A stretch of 64,000 nt of DNA from Octopus bimaculoides (GCF_001194135.2 NC_068983.1:70809458-70873457), one strand, 5' to 3'. Positions 12,060-26,534 are shown, counted from the stretch's first letter. Translations and numbers: made by a program. Notes: generated by a model not told the origin, from the sequence alone.

Positions 12060-12320
12060 AATGAATGCATTGAAGTGAAGATGTCGACGACAGTAACGAA
12101 GGCGAAGACGAAGACGACAACGAGGACGATGACAATGATGACAACAACGAGATAACGGTGACGAGGTGAAGGCGACGACGATGAAGACCATGATGATACT
12201 AATGATGATGATGATGATGATGACGACGAAGCGACGACGAAGCGACGACGATGACGACGACGACGATGATTGTGATGATGAAGACGATGATGATAGTTCA
12301 TTGTGGTGATGGTTATCATA
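12060..12320. repeat. Degenerate (GAC/GAT)n trinucleotide low-complexity tract
   Basis: Seen directly. Confidence 0.85.
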
Positions 12321-12659
12321 TTGATTGTTCTTAGTTATCGTAGATAAAGTGATATAGCCGGTGTACGTGAAATTGATGTTGAGGCAGTATTGTTCCTTGT
12401 GTCATTCATAACTGATGACTGTCTTGGTGTTAGTGGCGGAGGAAGTAAAAAAACCGGTGGTGTTGATAATAAAAGCAGTCGTGTGTATCTACGTAAATGC
12501 GCCCCTTTCTGAATATATATNNNNNNNNNNGTGTGTGTGTGTGTGTGTTTGTGTGCATGTATGTATGTATATATGTATGTGTGTGTGTGTGTGAATGTAT
12601 GTATTTAATGGTGATTGTGAACAGGAGTAAAAGATTTCATAAAGAATGCACTTATTTAC

Positions 12660-12930
12660 TCGCAGCTGGAACGATTAAGAAGAAAGCGTTTTCCATTGTT
12701 ATGGGAACAAAAGAGATTGTGATGAGAGCAGACGACAGTTAAAAACAAAAACAAAAGGAAGAAACAGACAATATGGAAGATAGACAGAATCAAGGAAACC
12801 AGTCGTTGGATGACTGAATTGATTTTGTCACCGACCAAAATGTGTCCATATGCATTCAGCAACTAGATAGACTGCAACAGAAGATATAACACAACATTAT
12901 CGGACATATATTACAGGACAGGACAGAGAG
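12660..12930 (+). mobile_element. Highly decayed RTE-clade LINE 3' end
   Basis: IKKK...VMRADDS*K...NMEDRQNQG..RWM resembles the RTE C-terminal pattern (KRK.YFGHIMR..SLEK.IM.G..EG.R.RGRP..RW.D). Confidence 0.5.
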
Positions 12931-13271
12931 AATGTAGCAAATAACTTATTAGGAAGAATCGTGCGCTATAGTATCACTTAACATATGGAGTGTTGGATTG
13001 TGTAAGAATTGTATATGAATGGAAGCTGGGATGACAGGACGATGGAAGAACGTGTCAATTGGTGGAATTCTGAAATAGAAAAAATGAAAAGTTAGATTAT
13101 ATTTTCTTTTCAAATATTAGTGGTACAATTTTGCAAGAACCAAAAGAATAACTGCCTAATAACGTATTCATTAAAAAATTATGCATATATACATATAAAT
13201 ACATACATATATATATGTGTGCGTGTGCGTATGTGTGTGTATATGTGCGTTTGTACGTGTCCGTGTATCTG

Positions 13272-13326
<55 letters not shown>

Positions 13327-13979
13327 NNNNNNNNNNNNNNNNNNNNNNNNNNNNNNNNNNNNNNNNNNNNNNNNNNNNNNNNNNNNNNNNNNNNNNNNNN
13401 NNNNNNNNNNNNNNNNNNNNNNNNNNNNNNNNNNNNNNNNNNNNNNNNNNNNNNNNNNNNNNNNNNNNNNNNNNNNNNNNNNNNNNNNNNNNNNNNNNNN
13501 NNNNNNNNNNNNNNNNNNNNNNNNNNNNNNNNNNNNNNNNNNNNNNNNNNNNNNNNNNNNNNNNNNNNNNNNNNNNNNNNNNNNNNNNNNNNNNNNNNNN
13601 NNNNNNNNNNNNNNNNNNNNNNNNNNNNNNNNNNNNNNNNNNNNNNNNNNNNNNNNNNNNNNNNNNNNNNNNNNNNNNNNNNNNNNNNNNNNNNNNNNNN
13701 NNNNNNNNNNNNNNNNNNNNNNNNNNNNNNNNNNNNNNNNNNNNNNNNNNNNNNNNNNNNNNNNNNNNNNNNNNNNNNNNNNNNNNNNNNNNNNNNNNNN
13801 NNNNNNNNNNNNNNNNNNNNNNNNNNNACATACATACATACATACATACAGACAGACAGACAGACAGACAGACAGTGTGTCTGTGCGTGTATGTGTATCT
13901 ATAGATATAAACACATGCACCGGTATGCACTGCAAACACACACACACACACATAGACACACACACACACATATACACAA

Positions 13980-14011
<32 letters not shown>

Positions 14012-14236
14012 TCACACACTTAGAAAGGTGCGCGCCCAAATAGTCGAAAACAAGACAAATACTTACTTAACGAGGTACATCATGAATAGCTTAAGCGAGG
14101 TCATTTCGCCAGAGACGTTCAAGAAATGCCTATACACAAAAATGAAGTACTTGAGGCTATGACATGAAGTCTATGCAGCGAATATGCACAACATATTGAA
14201 AATATGCCTGATCCTAATTCGTAGAAACTCACTTAC

Positions 14237-14296
<60 letters not shown>

Positions 14297-15106
14297 TGTA
14301 TGTATGTATGTATGTATGTATGTATGTATGTATGTATAAATCTACTGACACACGAACACATATACATATTTACTTATATTTCCATATATGCATATGACAG
14401 AAGTATATGTTGTAGTGGCCAGAAGAAAGAATATTATATAGATTTNNNNNNNNNNNNNNNNNNNNNNNNNNNNNNNNNNNNNNNNNNNNNNNNNNNNNNN
14501 NNNNNNNNNNNNNNNNNNNNNNNNNNNNNNNNNNNNNNNNNNNNNNNNNNNNNNNNNNNNNNNNNNNNNNNNNNNNNNNNNNNNNNNNNNNNNNNNNNNN
14601 NNNNNNNNNNNNNNNNNNNNNNNNNNNNNNNNNNNNNNNNNNNNNNNNNNNNNNNNNNNNNNNNNNNNNNNNNNNNNNNNNNNNNNNNNNNNNNNNNNNN
14701 NNNNNNNNNNNNNNNNNNNNNNNNNNNNNNNNNNNNNNNNNNNNNNNNNNNNNNNNNNNNNNNNNNNNNNNNNNNNNNNNNNNNNNNNNNNNNNNNNNNN
14801 NNNNNNNNNNNNNNNNNNNNNNNNNNNNNNNNNNNNNNNNNNNNNNNNNNNNNNNNNNNNNNNNNNNNNNNNNNNNNNNNNNNNNNNNNNNNNNNNNNNN
14901 NNNNNNNNNNNNNNNNNNNNNNNNNNNNNNNNNNNNNNNNNNNNNNNNNNNNNNNNNNNNNNNNNNNNNNNNNNNNNNNNNNNNNNNNNNNNNNNNNNNN
15001 NNNNNNNNNNNNNNNNNNNNNNNNNNNNNNNNNNNNNNNNNNNNNNNNNNNNNNNNNNNNNNNNNNNNNNNNNNNNNNNNNNNNNNNNNNNNNNNNNNNN
15101 NNNNNN

Positions 15107-15147
<41 letters not shown>

Positions 15148-18078
15148 GTATGTGTTTTGCCCAAACCATTATTTATCCTTTCCAAATCGCCTGTCGCTAA
15201 ATTTGAATTCAAGATTTTTCAGGAAAATAAGCAATGTCATTTATACATAATTCCTATATATCTCGATTTTGTAACTATGTAGACTTTGGTACATTAAGAT
15301 ACAAAGGATCGCGAACGTTTGCCTGTGTCACATGGCTGGGATGTGGTGAAGTTCTGGTGATCTGTCCCGTTAATAGTCTGCCCAGCGGTTACTCTCTACT
15401 CAAAATAGCGAGATGAATTATGCAAAATATGCGTAACAAATGTTTACTCAACAATGATAACTATTTACTGACAGTAAGCAGTTCTAAAAAAAATAATGCT
15501 TGGTGGTTTCCGCGAAAAATATGGGTCATCTATATATTTTTTCTAAGTTCAATCGCTTCTAACAGGTGAATGCAAGCAAGTCAATAAGGGAGTTTATAGA
15601 CGATTATTTGACTTTACAAAAAGACAAGAAGGGGTATCGATTATTCCATAAATCTTAACTCTACACTCGGTAGCTCACACATTGGACAACGTCGTTTTAA
15701 ATGTGCTGATACATGTATGAATTCATACATACATACATACATACATACATACATACATACATACATACATAGTCAATTTAAAAAAAAACGTTTGGACGTG
15801 GTTCAAGCAATGTTTTAATAAGACGCTCAGAGAAGTAAAAAAGTAGAAGGTTTACGTTTCGAGCATAGCTCTCCTTCGGAACCAGGAAGAAACAGGAAAA
15901 CAAATCGCCAACAATCACGTATATATCCATATATATATATNNNNNNNNNNNNNNNNNNNNNNNNNNNNNNNNNNNNNNNNNNNNNNNNNNNNNNNNNNNN
16001 NNNNNNNNNNNNNNNNNNNNNNNNNNNNNNNNNNNNNNNNNNNNNNNNNNNNNNNNNNNNNNNNNNNNNNNNNNNNNNNNNNNNNNNNNNNNNNNNNNNN
16101 NNNNNNNNNNNNNNNNNNNNNNNNNNNNNNNNNNNNNNNNNNNNNNNNNNNNNNNNNNNNNNNNNNNNNNNNNNNNNNNNNNNNNNNNNNNNNNNNNNNN
16201 NNNNNNNNNNNNNNNNNNNNNNNNNNNNNNNNNNNNNNNNNNNNNNNNNNNNNNNNNNNNNNNNNNNNNNNNNNNNNNNNNNNNNNNNNNNNNNNNNNNN
16301 NNNNNNNNNNNNNNNNNNNNNNNNNNNNNNNNNNNNNNNNNNNNNNNNNNNNNNNNNNNNNNNNNNNNNNNNNNNNNNNNNNNNNNNNNNNNNNNNNNNN
16401 NNNNNNNNNNNNNNNNNNNNNNNNNNNNNNNNNNNNNNNNNNNNNNNNNNNNNNNNNTTAATCAATAAGAGACTTCGATAAGTTCGGTTGCTATGAGGAG
16501 TGTTACCGAGACAAACGTTTTGGGCCCTGCTCTTCATCTCTAACTAAAGAAAGGAAGAAAAACGGTAAACAAAAAGGATTCGTTTGTTTTTATAATTTAA
16601 AACAAAGAAAAAAAACTACAGCTATTTTCTTCCGGTTAATTTCTATATTCATTTCTATTTATATATCCTGTATTTATAGTTATACACACGGTGATGCAGT
16701 CGATTTGAATGCGAGATGGCAACAGCAGAGTGGAATATATATATATACACGTGCTTCATAAACTGAGTACTGTATATCGTTATTTTTATATGAAGTCCAG
16801 ATTGGCTATATTTTGCAATTCAACCCTTCGAAAAAGAGAAGTAGATAATGTAAGTACCAGTTATATTATTGGGATTTATAATGCAAGGGCATTTATAAGT
16901 TTCTGTAATTCTCACAAATACGAGCCGACACGGGAGTTTTCCGTGTCGTTCGTTCTTTTCGAAATATTAGCTAAATTTCACTTCGAGTTACACTCCCTCC
17001 ATCTTAGATAATGGCGAATACATTCCTTGTTGCATGTACAAAGGTTTTGATGGTTAAAGCTGAGACACTTTTGATTATAGGCGATTCCGATGAGGCCGAC
17101 GCAGGGCTAAATAACAAATATTAAAATCACTAATGATGGGGGAAATGTATAAAGATCAAGAAGTATATTACAATGCACGCTTGCAAATACCCCTCCCTTA
17201 CATATATAGCATGCGCAATAACAACCTGTTGCCAGTACAAACAATTGTTAGATAAATTAATCCACTAATTAACATCTCTTTCCTGCTCTACAGATACAAT
17301 ATGTTAGTGTGTGCCTCTTCATACACATACAGACTCAGACATTCACATGCACACACACACGCACACACACACACACAAACACACACACGCACACACACAG
17401 ATACAAAGTGAACATAACATATTTTCATTTGCAATGAAGAAAGAAGGTAAGCAATGCGCGGTAACAGGTTGCAGAATATATAGAAAGTTAGAAAATGAAC
17501 TGTAGAGAGAAACAGAGAGGGAAAGTAGGAGAGAAAGAGAGAGAGAGAAAGAGAGAGAGACAGAGAGAGACAGAGAGAGACAGAGAGAAGGGATGCATCA
17601 GACAGTGGTGGTGGAATATCCATTAATTGTATAGTCAAATACAAATACGTGAGTATGTATATATGTTTCATATACATATATACAGTATAAATATATGTTT
17701 TATATACATATATATAATAACGTATGTATATATAGAAAAACACACATATACACATATACTGATTAAGTAAGAAGTAAGGAAGCAAGACATGATATAGAAT
17801 TTACCAGGTACACACATTTTGGTTTATGTATGTATGTATGTATGGATGGATGCAGGCATGAATGCATGTTTGAATATGTGTGTTAATTTATGTGAAGTCA
17901 TGTTTGTATGTAACTGCAAACATAAGTAGAAAAAGATAGGCAGAGAGAACGGTAAACAGAGACAAGGGGAAATGGGAAAAGAGAAAGGCATAACATATAT
18001 GAGAAGCTGGAGGCATAGATTCAGACACGACAGTTTCTGCGACGGGAGAGACACCTGACAGCTGATAACTTGTGTGTG

Positions 18079-18111
<33 letters not shown>

Positions 18112-18168
18112 ACATATATGTATATGTGTGCGTGTCTATATATATTATAAGATAAACGGATTTAAAAC

Positions 18169-18199
<31 letters not shown>

Positions 18200-19171
18200 C
18201 ATATATATATGCATAAATATATATACATATATATTTATGTATGAATGTGTGTGTATAAATATATATAATCATATATATATTTATACATGTATGTATGCAT
18301 ATTTGTATGTATGTATGTTTGTATGTATGTTTGTATGTATGTATGTATATATGTATAACTGTATACATGTACAGGAGATAGAGAGATAGAGACAGAGATA
18401 AAGATAAAGAGTAAACTGGAGATGGATGATCTGCAATTGATACCCTGTGAATTTGAACACGTTATATTTTGTCTATATATATACATTGACCCATGCAGAT
18501 ACACCTGTGTATATGCCACGTGCACGTGCCATACATACAGGTGTATATGTTCGCTCGCACGTGCGAACGTCTGATCTGAAGTAGGTGCCGGCTATATAAT
18601 ATAAGATTCACTATTATTAACGTTTACTAATAGTTATTAGTATTCGGGTCGTTAAGCATGAGACAATTTTACGACGAACAGTTGGTCTGTGTAGTCGTTT
18701 TTTTTTTGTTTTGTTTTTTTCATTTATGTTTGTATTATCAAAGATAAATTTACATTTCAACCATGGACATTTCAATTTTTCTTCAGATATCGAATGTACA
18801 ACAAAAGTATCCTTCCATTTTTAAGATCGTGTAGATTGATGCGAAGAGTATTTCGGCGCTATTTTTAGCAGTTTGATTTCACCTGCTGAAGCGAGTGTCG
18901 TTGGCTTCAATGAAACTTACTTACTGTCCCTTTTCGATTATTTTCCTTTCCCGCTACACATACCTACTCCCGCGCGCGCGCGCGCACATACACACATACA
19001 CACACACAAACACACACACACCTACACAGACAGACACACACACACACGCACACACACGCATACACACTCTAATTTCTAAGCGATAAAGAGGTACTGTAAA
19101 TCTCTGTAAGATTCGAACTCAGTAACTCAGGACAACGTGCTAAATCCCCTGCTCCAATCAAAATCGCCCCG

Positions 19172-19172
<1 letters not shown>

Positions 19173-19260
<88 letters not shown>

Positions 19261-19283
19261 TATTATTATTATTATTATTATTA

Positions 19284-19339
<56 letters not shown>
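19173..19339. repeat. Compound (ATT)n(ATC)n(ATT)n microsatellite
   Basis: Seen directly; it explains the poly-L/S/I/M ORFs in the track. Confidence 0.95.
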
Positions 19340-20590
19340 TTATAGGTTTTTGTTTCATGATAAATATTTAATACAATTAATTNNNNNNNNNNNNNNNNNN
19401 NNNNNNNNNNNNNNNNNNNNNNNNNNNNNNNNNNNNNNNNNNNNNNNNNNNNNNNNNNNNNNNNNNNNNNNNNNNNNNNNNNNNNNNNNNNNNNNNNNNN
19501 NNNNNNNNNNNNNNNNNNNNNNNNNNNNNNNNNNNNNNNNNNNNNNNNNNNNNNNNNNNNNNNNNNNNNNNNNNNNNNNNNNNNNNNNNNNNNNNNNNNN
19601 NNNNNNNNNNNNNNNNNNNNNNNNNNNNNNNNNNNNNNNNNNNNNNNNNNNNNNNNNNNNNNNNNNNNNNNNNNNNNNNNNNNNNNNNNNNNNNNNTATA
19701 TATATATTTATTTATGTAAATTAGCAGTAGTATTCCAAACGTATGTTTGTTCTTCGTAATTTACAGTTCATAATCATAAACATATGCGCCTGTGAGTGTT
19801 CACGAGCGCGTGCTTTTCTATGCCAGTGTGTACGTGAGCGTACATTTGTTTACGTGTGTGTGTGTGTGTGCGTCTATTTATGTAATTCTATGTGTCGATA
19901 TGCATGCGTATGCGAGCGCTTTCAATAAGGTGTATGTCTGCGGTTATTTGTGTTCCTTGTAAGAGTAGTAAACGCGAACCATCTGCTCTGTCACAAAACA
20001 TATGCTATTTAAAAAGGGTCAATACTTATAAGATTTACATGTACAAACGACTTGTTTAGAATATTCGTGTATTAAACACTTAGCAAAATGAGAAGAAAAT
20101 ATTTCAAACATATGGTTATGTGTCTTTACGTGAGCTTGCATGTGCGTGTGTATGTGTAGTGCGTTATTGTGTATGTGTTTTAAATATGTACATCAATATT
20201 TCGATTTTACGTTACACCTAAAAATCATCAAAAGCTATGTTATAAATGTATAACGTTTATGTCTTGATTGTATTCGGTTATTTCATGTATGTACGTAATC
20301 TATTATAGAACGAGTGTTTTGTTATATTCTAATCTTTTCAAGAGTTTTTTTTTTTTCAAACTTTACAGGCAATTAATAACATAAATCAATTATCATATAA
20401 ATCTATATACTAGCACAGTACCCGTTCAGAGTGATTTTCTTTTATTTTTTCGTTAGCATTGTCATACATCCGTTTAGGTCACAGAATATTCACCCGCATG
20501 GAATGGGAAGAGGCAAATATGTTTGTGTATGAGTTTGTGAATAATTAATTAATATATGTGCGTGTGTATATACATGTGTGTCTATATATA

Positions 20591-20634
<44 letters not shown>

Positions 20635-20854
20635 NNNNNNNNNNNNNNNNNNNNNNNNNNNNNNNNNNNNNNNNNNNNNNNNNNNNNNNNNNNNNNNNNN
20701 NNNNNNNNNNNNNNNNNNNNNNNNNNNNNNNNNNNNNNNNNNNNNNNNNNNNNNNNNNNNNNNNNNNNNNNNNNNNNNNNNNNNNNNNNNNNNNNNNNNN
20801 NNNNNNNNNNNNNNNNNNNNNNNNNNNNNNNNNNNNNNNNNNNNNNNNNNNNNN

Positions 20855-20913
<59 letters not shown>

Positions 20914-21690
20914 CATACATATGTGTATATTTTATACTAATGCATGTGTATATATATACAGATTTGCACATATATATGTATATGAATATATATATATATA
21001 TATAGATATATGTATGTGCGTGTGTGCGTGGGGGGGGTATTGTTTCACAAATATTTCCTGTGTTGATGTGTGTGTATGAATTCAATAGCAGGCGATTTGT
21101 ATATATCTATCTCATGACTGCCTTTTTTTTCAGATAGTATTCTATATTACTTACCGGCAATGTCCTGTCACAATGAAAATTGTTACTGGACATTGTTAGG
21201 TAGTTGTAGATCGCTTGTGATATCAAGCGCAAAAATGTGACGCGACCGACATTTGGGGTTTCAAAGGGTTCTGTTTCCCTTTTCATTGTTTGGGTATTTT
21301 GTTGCAATCTCCTGTTTCTGGCAAGTAAATGCATAATCTTCGAAGTATGTTTTGTTGTGGAGGTCTTGAACCCAAGAGAAGTTGCATTTCATGGTGATAC
21401 CAATGTCAAATACAAACAGGAAACATACCCATGTGCAATCATTTCTTTTTTTTCTTTTTGTATTTCTGTGTGTGCGTGTGAACGTATTTGTATGTGTGTG
21501 TGTGTGTACGTGTGTATGCACGTGTGTGTGTGTGAATGGCGGAGTATGCTCAGCGTTTCATATCGAGGTTTTCTTTGACTTCTGTTAGTGCAGTCATTCT
21601 GGGGTTGTATGGCAGGTTGTCAGAGAGAGCATACACCCTGGAGAGCTCTCTACCGACACGCAGGATGTTGGGCACCTCACTTTTCAGCAT

Positions 21691-21725
<35 letters not shown>

Positions 21726-21786
21726 CTGTGTGTGTACGTGTGTGTTTATGCGTGTTTGTGAGTGTGTCTATGTATATTCTTGTTTT

Positions 21787-22000
21787 CTTTTACTTGCTCC
21801 AGCCATTCAGACTGCGGCCAAGCTAGAGCACCGCTTTAAAGGGCTGTTTCTTTAGTCTAAGCAATTGACCAACAGGACTTATTCTTTGTAAGTCTAGCAC
21901 TTATTTTAGCGGTCTCTTTCACTGAACTGCTAGATAATGGTACGTAAACACACCGACATCTGTCATCAAACGGTGGCGGAAGAACACAGACACAAAGTCA
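21787..22000 (-). mobile_element. Partial tRNA-derived SINE family B (3' half)
   Basis: Homologous to the 3' half of 53518-53915 and 54950-55385. Confidence 0.75.
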
Positions 22001-22193
22001 CACACATATATGTATATATGTCTGTGTGTGTTCGCGCGCATGTATATATATATATATATATATATATATCTTTATATATACTAAGGTAACAAAGAAGTCA
22101 GGTCGTACATGTAATAAACCAAACTCTTAGATATGGGTGGGTTCCGTCAATTATTCACGACTCAGTGGGAACAGCGACACTATATACATATAC

Positions 22194-22230
<37 letters not shown>

Positions 22231-22405
22231 NNNNNNNNNNNNNNNNNNNNNNNNNNNNNNNNNNNNNNNNNNNNNNNNNNNNNNNNNNNNNNNNNNNNNN
22301 NNNNNNNNNNNNNNNNNNNNNNNNNNNNNNNNNNNNNNNNNNNNNNNNNNNNNNNNNNNNNNNNNNNNNNNNNNNNNNTGGTATGTGAAAGCACGTGGTT
22401 GGATG

Positions 22406-22634
22406 TATAAAAGATAATAAGAGTGAAAAAACTACAGAAGGCTTGTGTTACATGGTTAAAGTATATATTTAAATTATGTTAGAAAAATGTTATAAAATTT
22501 TTTGGGTATATAAACCAAATGCAATGTTTATATACCAAAAAATTTTATAACATTTTTCTGACATAATTTAAATATATACTTTAAACATGTAACACTAGCC
22601 TTCTGTAGTTTTTTCACTCTTATTATCTTTTATA
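22406..22634. repeat. 229-bp near-perfect palindrome (foldback/MITE-like)
   Basis: Arms 22406-22515 and 22526-22634 differ by 3 mismatches and 1 indel; 10-nt loop CAAATGCAAT; TA-rich ends. Confidence 0.9.
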
Positions 22635-24706
22635 TATATATATATATGAATATATGTATATATAAGGTGTTTATTTGTAAAGAAAAGAATGACTATCTTG
22701 AAATATGACAATGCACCTAAAAGGTGGTCTTTGTGTTAAAACACAGAATATTGCATTATTTACCATATTTACATCGCTGCCGTTTGGTAACAATACGCTA
22801 CATTAGAACTGCCATGTGACGTGATTTCACCATTCCTGGAGCTTGTCAATGACAGACTCCTGCTATACATAGTAAACGATTGACCCGTCAGCAATATATA
22901 GAATCTCAGTGCCTGTCCGGGCAGAGGTGTCGCAAAAAGCATGTAGGCTTCTAAGAAAATAATAATGACAGAAGCAATATTATTTCCGAGAGGTAATATC
23001 TATCTCATACATAAAGAGGGTTTTCTGTTAGAAAACAGAATACTGCGTTATTTGCCATGAGGGGAACTTGTGGAGCATTAAAATACTCGTGTTTATATTG
23101 GTGACGGACAATAACTGTTTGCCACGGCCGCCGGAAAGGCCACATCACTTAATTTCTTCTGTCCTTGAGCTTCCCAACGGCAGCTAGACATGGTCACGTA
23201 TTTCTTCATCAGTGATGTGCTAGTGTGTATGTGTGCGTGTGTGTATGCATGTATGTATGTATGTATGTATTTATGTATGTATGCATGCTTGCATGTGTGT
23301 ATATATATATATGCATGTATATATACACACAATAGGAATAAAACGAATCGGTATTTTACGATATTGCTACACATGTTTCAGGAGCGTATATATTCAGAAG
23401 ACAGTTATGTACCTTGACATGTAACATTATGTTACATTATGTATTATTAGGAAAGTTCGAGTTTGCATGAAGCGCTACGTTGTGAGGTAATACCNNNNNN
23501 NNNNNNNNNNNNNNNNNNNNNNNNNNNNNNNNNNNNNNNNNNNNNNNNNNNNNNNNNNNNNNNNNNNNNNNNNNNNNNNNNNNNNNNNNNNNNNNNNNNN
23601 NNNNNNNNNNNNNNNNNNNNNNNNNNNNNNNNNNNNNNNNNNNNNNNNNNNNNNNNNNNNNNNNNNNNNNNNNNNNNNNNNNNNNNNNNNNNNNNNNNNN
23701 NNNNNNNNNNNNNNNNNNNNNNNNNNNNNNNNNNNNNNNNNNNNNNNNNNNNNNNNNNNNNNNNNNNNNNNNNNNNNNNNNNNNNNNNNNNNNNNNNNNN
23801 NNNNNNNNNNNNNNNNNNNNNNNNNNNNNNNNNNNNNNNNNNNNNNNNNNNNNNNNNNNNNNNNNNNNNNNNNNNNNNNNNNNNNNNNNNNNNNNNNNNN
23901 NNNNNNNNNNNNNNNNNNNNNNNNNNNNNNNNNNNNNNNNNNNNNNNNNNNNNNNNNNNNNNNNNNNNNNNNNNNNNNNNNNNNNNNNNNNNNNNNNNNN
24001 NNNNNNNNNNNNNNNNNNNNNNNNNNNNNNNNNNNNNNNNNNNNNNNNNNNNNNNNNNNNNNNNNNNNNNNNNNNNNNNNNNNNNNNNNNNNNNNNNNNN
24101 NNNNNNNNNNNNNNNNNNNNNNNNNNNNNNNNNNNNNNNNNNNNNNNNNNNNNNNNNNNNNNNNNNNNNNNNNNNNNNNNNNNNNNNNNNNNNNNNNNNN
24201 NNNNNNNNNNNNNNNNNNNNNNNNNNNNNNNNNNNNNNNNNNNNNNNNNNNNNATATATATATATATATACATATGTATATATATACACATATACATATA
24301 TTTATATCGGTTATATTCAGCCGTTATATGCAACTGTAGTAGTATTTCATTATAATAGTCATCTGGGTATCATACACAATGAACATACATCACGAAAGAG
24401 CAAATTTATTGGAGCATTCGTCCTGACATAATACCTCTTATGGATATGTTGTGTTTAAAAACACAACATATATATGAATGTGTATGTGTAAGTATATATA
24501 CATATAGGTATATATGTGTATATATGTATATGTATATATAAATATGGGTATATGCATATATATATATATATCTACAGAGGGAGAGATAGGAGATAGATAG
24601 ATACATGGGTTTGTGCGTCTGTGTATGTATTTCATTTCTACTCTAGACACAAGGCCCTCAATCCATGTGTGTACGTATTTGTGTACACCCCCCCACACAC
24701 GCACAC

Positions 24707-24770
<64 letters not shown>

Positions 24771-24825
24771 GAAGACAAGGAGAAATCTTGCGAAACAAAG
24801 TTTATTTTAACGTGATACGTCTTGA

Positions 24826-24913
24826 AATCACCCGAGGAGACACATTTGCACCGAGGAATACACCTAAACCACGAGGGATCGCTGCTAGACGGGTCGAAAC
24901 GATTGTAGTGATT
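24826..24913 (+). ncRNA. Type I hammerhead ribozyme (Penelope-type, U4C core variant)
   Basis: AATCAC-CCGAGGA-GAC-[51 nt]-GTC-GAAA-C-GATT-GTA|GTGATT: stem I 6 bp, stem II GAC/GTC, stem III AC/GT; AATAAA follows immediately. Confidence 0.7.
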
Positions 24914-25583
24914 AATAAAGTTTCTCGTATCCTTTATCCTCTATCTCTCTCATTAATCACATATATCTACACATTTGTATGTATATATACATGTATATAT
25001 ATGTCTATGTATGTATGCATGTATCCATATATGTATGTTAGTATATAAGTATGTATGTGTGTATGTATTTATTTATGTATGTATACACACGTGTGCTCAC
25101 ATACACATACGCATGTCGAACAATTCTTGTGTTTAATGGCCAAATAAAGAGACATTTGGTGATCATGTTATTTAATAAGAAACATTATAATATCTGCATA
25201 CATTTATTATTTCAATCTCAATGTATTCAGGCGGTCGTAATTTCAATCGATCTATACAAATCGAAACTGAAATTCCAATTGTATGTTACGTAAAGAATTT
25301 TTATTCACATTGTTGCTTTGCAGCAGCTGAAACAAGTTCGAGTCGGCATGAAAGTCGTTCCACTTCTCGTTTGATGTGTACTTCTTATTTCTTTGTGAAG
25401 GTAGTAGCTTGTGATCTGAGAAAATTGCTCACTACTATACGTAATTAGTGAATTGTTTGCCTGATTTACAAGGGATCATAGATATATTATACACAATTGT
25501 CATCATCATCTTTTAATTTTTGGACAAACAACTGAGCCAAAACATAGCTGTTATCCGAAACTGTTAACGCTGTTTACCATATA

Positions 25584-26268
25584 CAGGGTGGAGCAGAGAT
25601 GACGTATGCTTTTGAAAAATTCACAAAATCATTAATTTTAGCTGGAAACAAATTTTATTGACATCAATGTGTTTGTATTAAATTAGCATTTGTCAAAATC
25701 AAGTGTGGAAACAACATCCACCATCTGGTATCCGTTTTCATCGATGCATTTCTGAAGGTGTTCTAGGAAGTTAGCCTCCACTCTCTCCAGCATTGCTCTG
25801 TCGATTTAGGCGACTTCCACGCGAATAGCTGCTTTCAAATCGTCCAGTGAACGAGCTTTTGCGCATACACACGTGCCTTGAGGTTTCCCCACAAGAAATA
25901 ATCACACATTGATAAATCAGTGGACCGAGGGGGCCAAGGAATGTCAGCAAACCTTGAAATGAGGCGGTCACCGAAGAGAGGGCGAAGAACGATTATTGAT
26001 GCTCTGGCTGTGTGGGCCGTCGCTCCATCCTGCTGAAACCACACGTTGAATAGGCATGTGTTTTCGTCGTAATTCAGGCACAGAGAAGTTGTTTATCATC
26101 TCGATGTAACACACGGAGATCCCAGTAACATCATTTCCGTTATTGTCTTTAAAAAAAGTAAGGACCAATGACGGCGGCTTTTCGAATAGCACACCAGACC
26201 GTCACTTTTGGGCTGTGCAGTGGTCTTTCGTGCAGTTCTCTCGGATTTTCAAGATCCCAGTAACTCTA
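25584..26268 (-). mobile_element. 5'-truncated Tc1/mariner DD41D (rosa/Visitor-like) transposon
   Basis: TA-CAGGGTG terminus. Transposase C-terminus WFQQDGATAHT...WPPRSTDLSMCDYFLWG has 41 residues between the 2nd and 3rd catalytic D. Confidence 0.9.
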
Positions 26269-26334
26269 AGTATTTCGCTCCGCGTGCTAACGATTCTGCC
26301 AGTCAGCTACCTTAATAATCCTTTCTACTAAAGA

Positions 26335-26515
26335 CACAAGGCCAGATATTTACAGGGAGGGAACTCGTCAATTACATCGACCCAGAGTTTCACTGGTATT
26401 TATTTCATCGACCGCGAAAGGATCAAAAGCAAAGTTGAACTCTGAACATACGGACGGACGAAATGCCGCTTAGCATATCGTCCGTCGTGCTAACGATAAA
26501 GCCAGCCCACCACCT
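26335..26515 (-). mobile_element. SINE family A, plus a second head remnant at about 26271-26315
   Basis: Homology to 46422-46635. Confidence 0.8.
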
Positions 26516-26516
26516 G

Positions 26517-26534
26517 AATAATAATAACAACAAC

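Noticed and set aside
17088-17112. CCGATGAGGCC...GGGCTAAA hammerhead-like string
   Set aside because: GAAA is absent and stem III cannot form.
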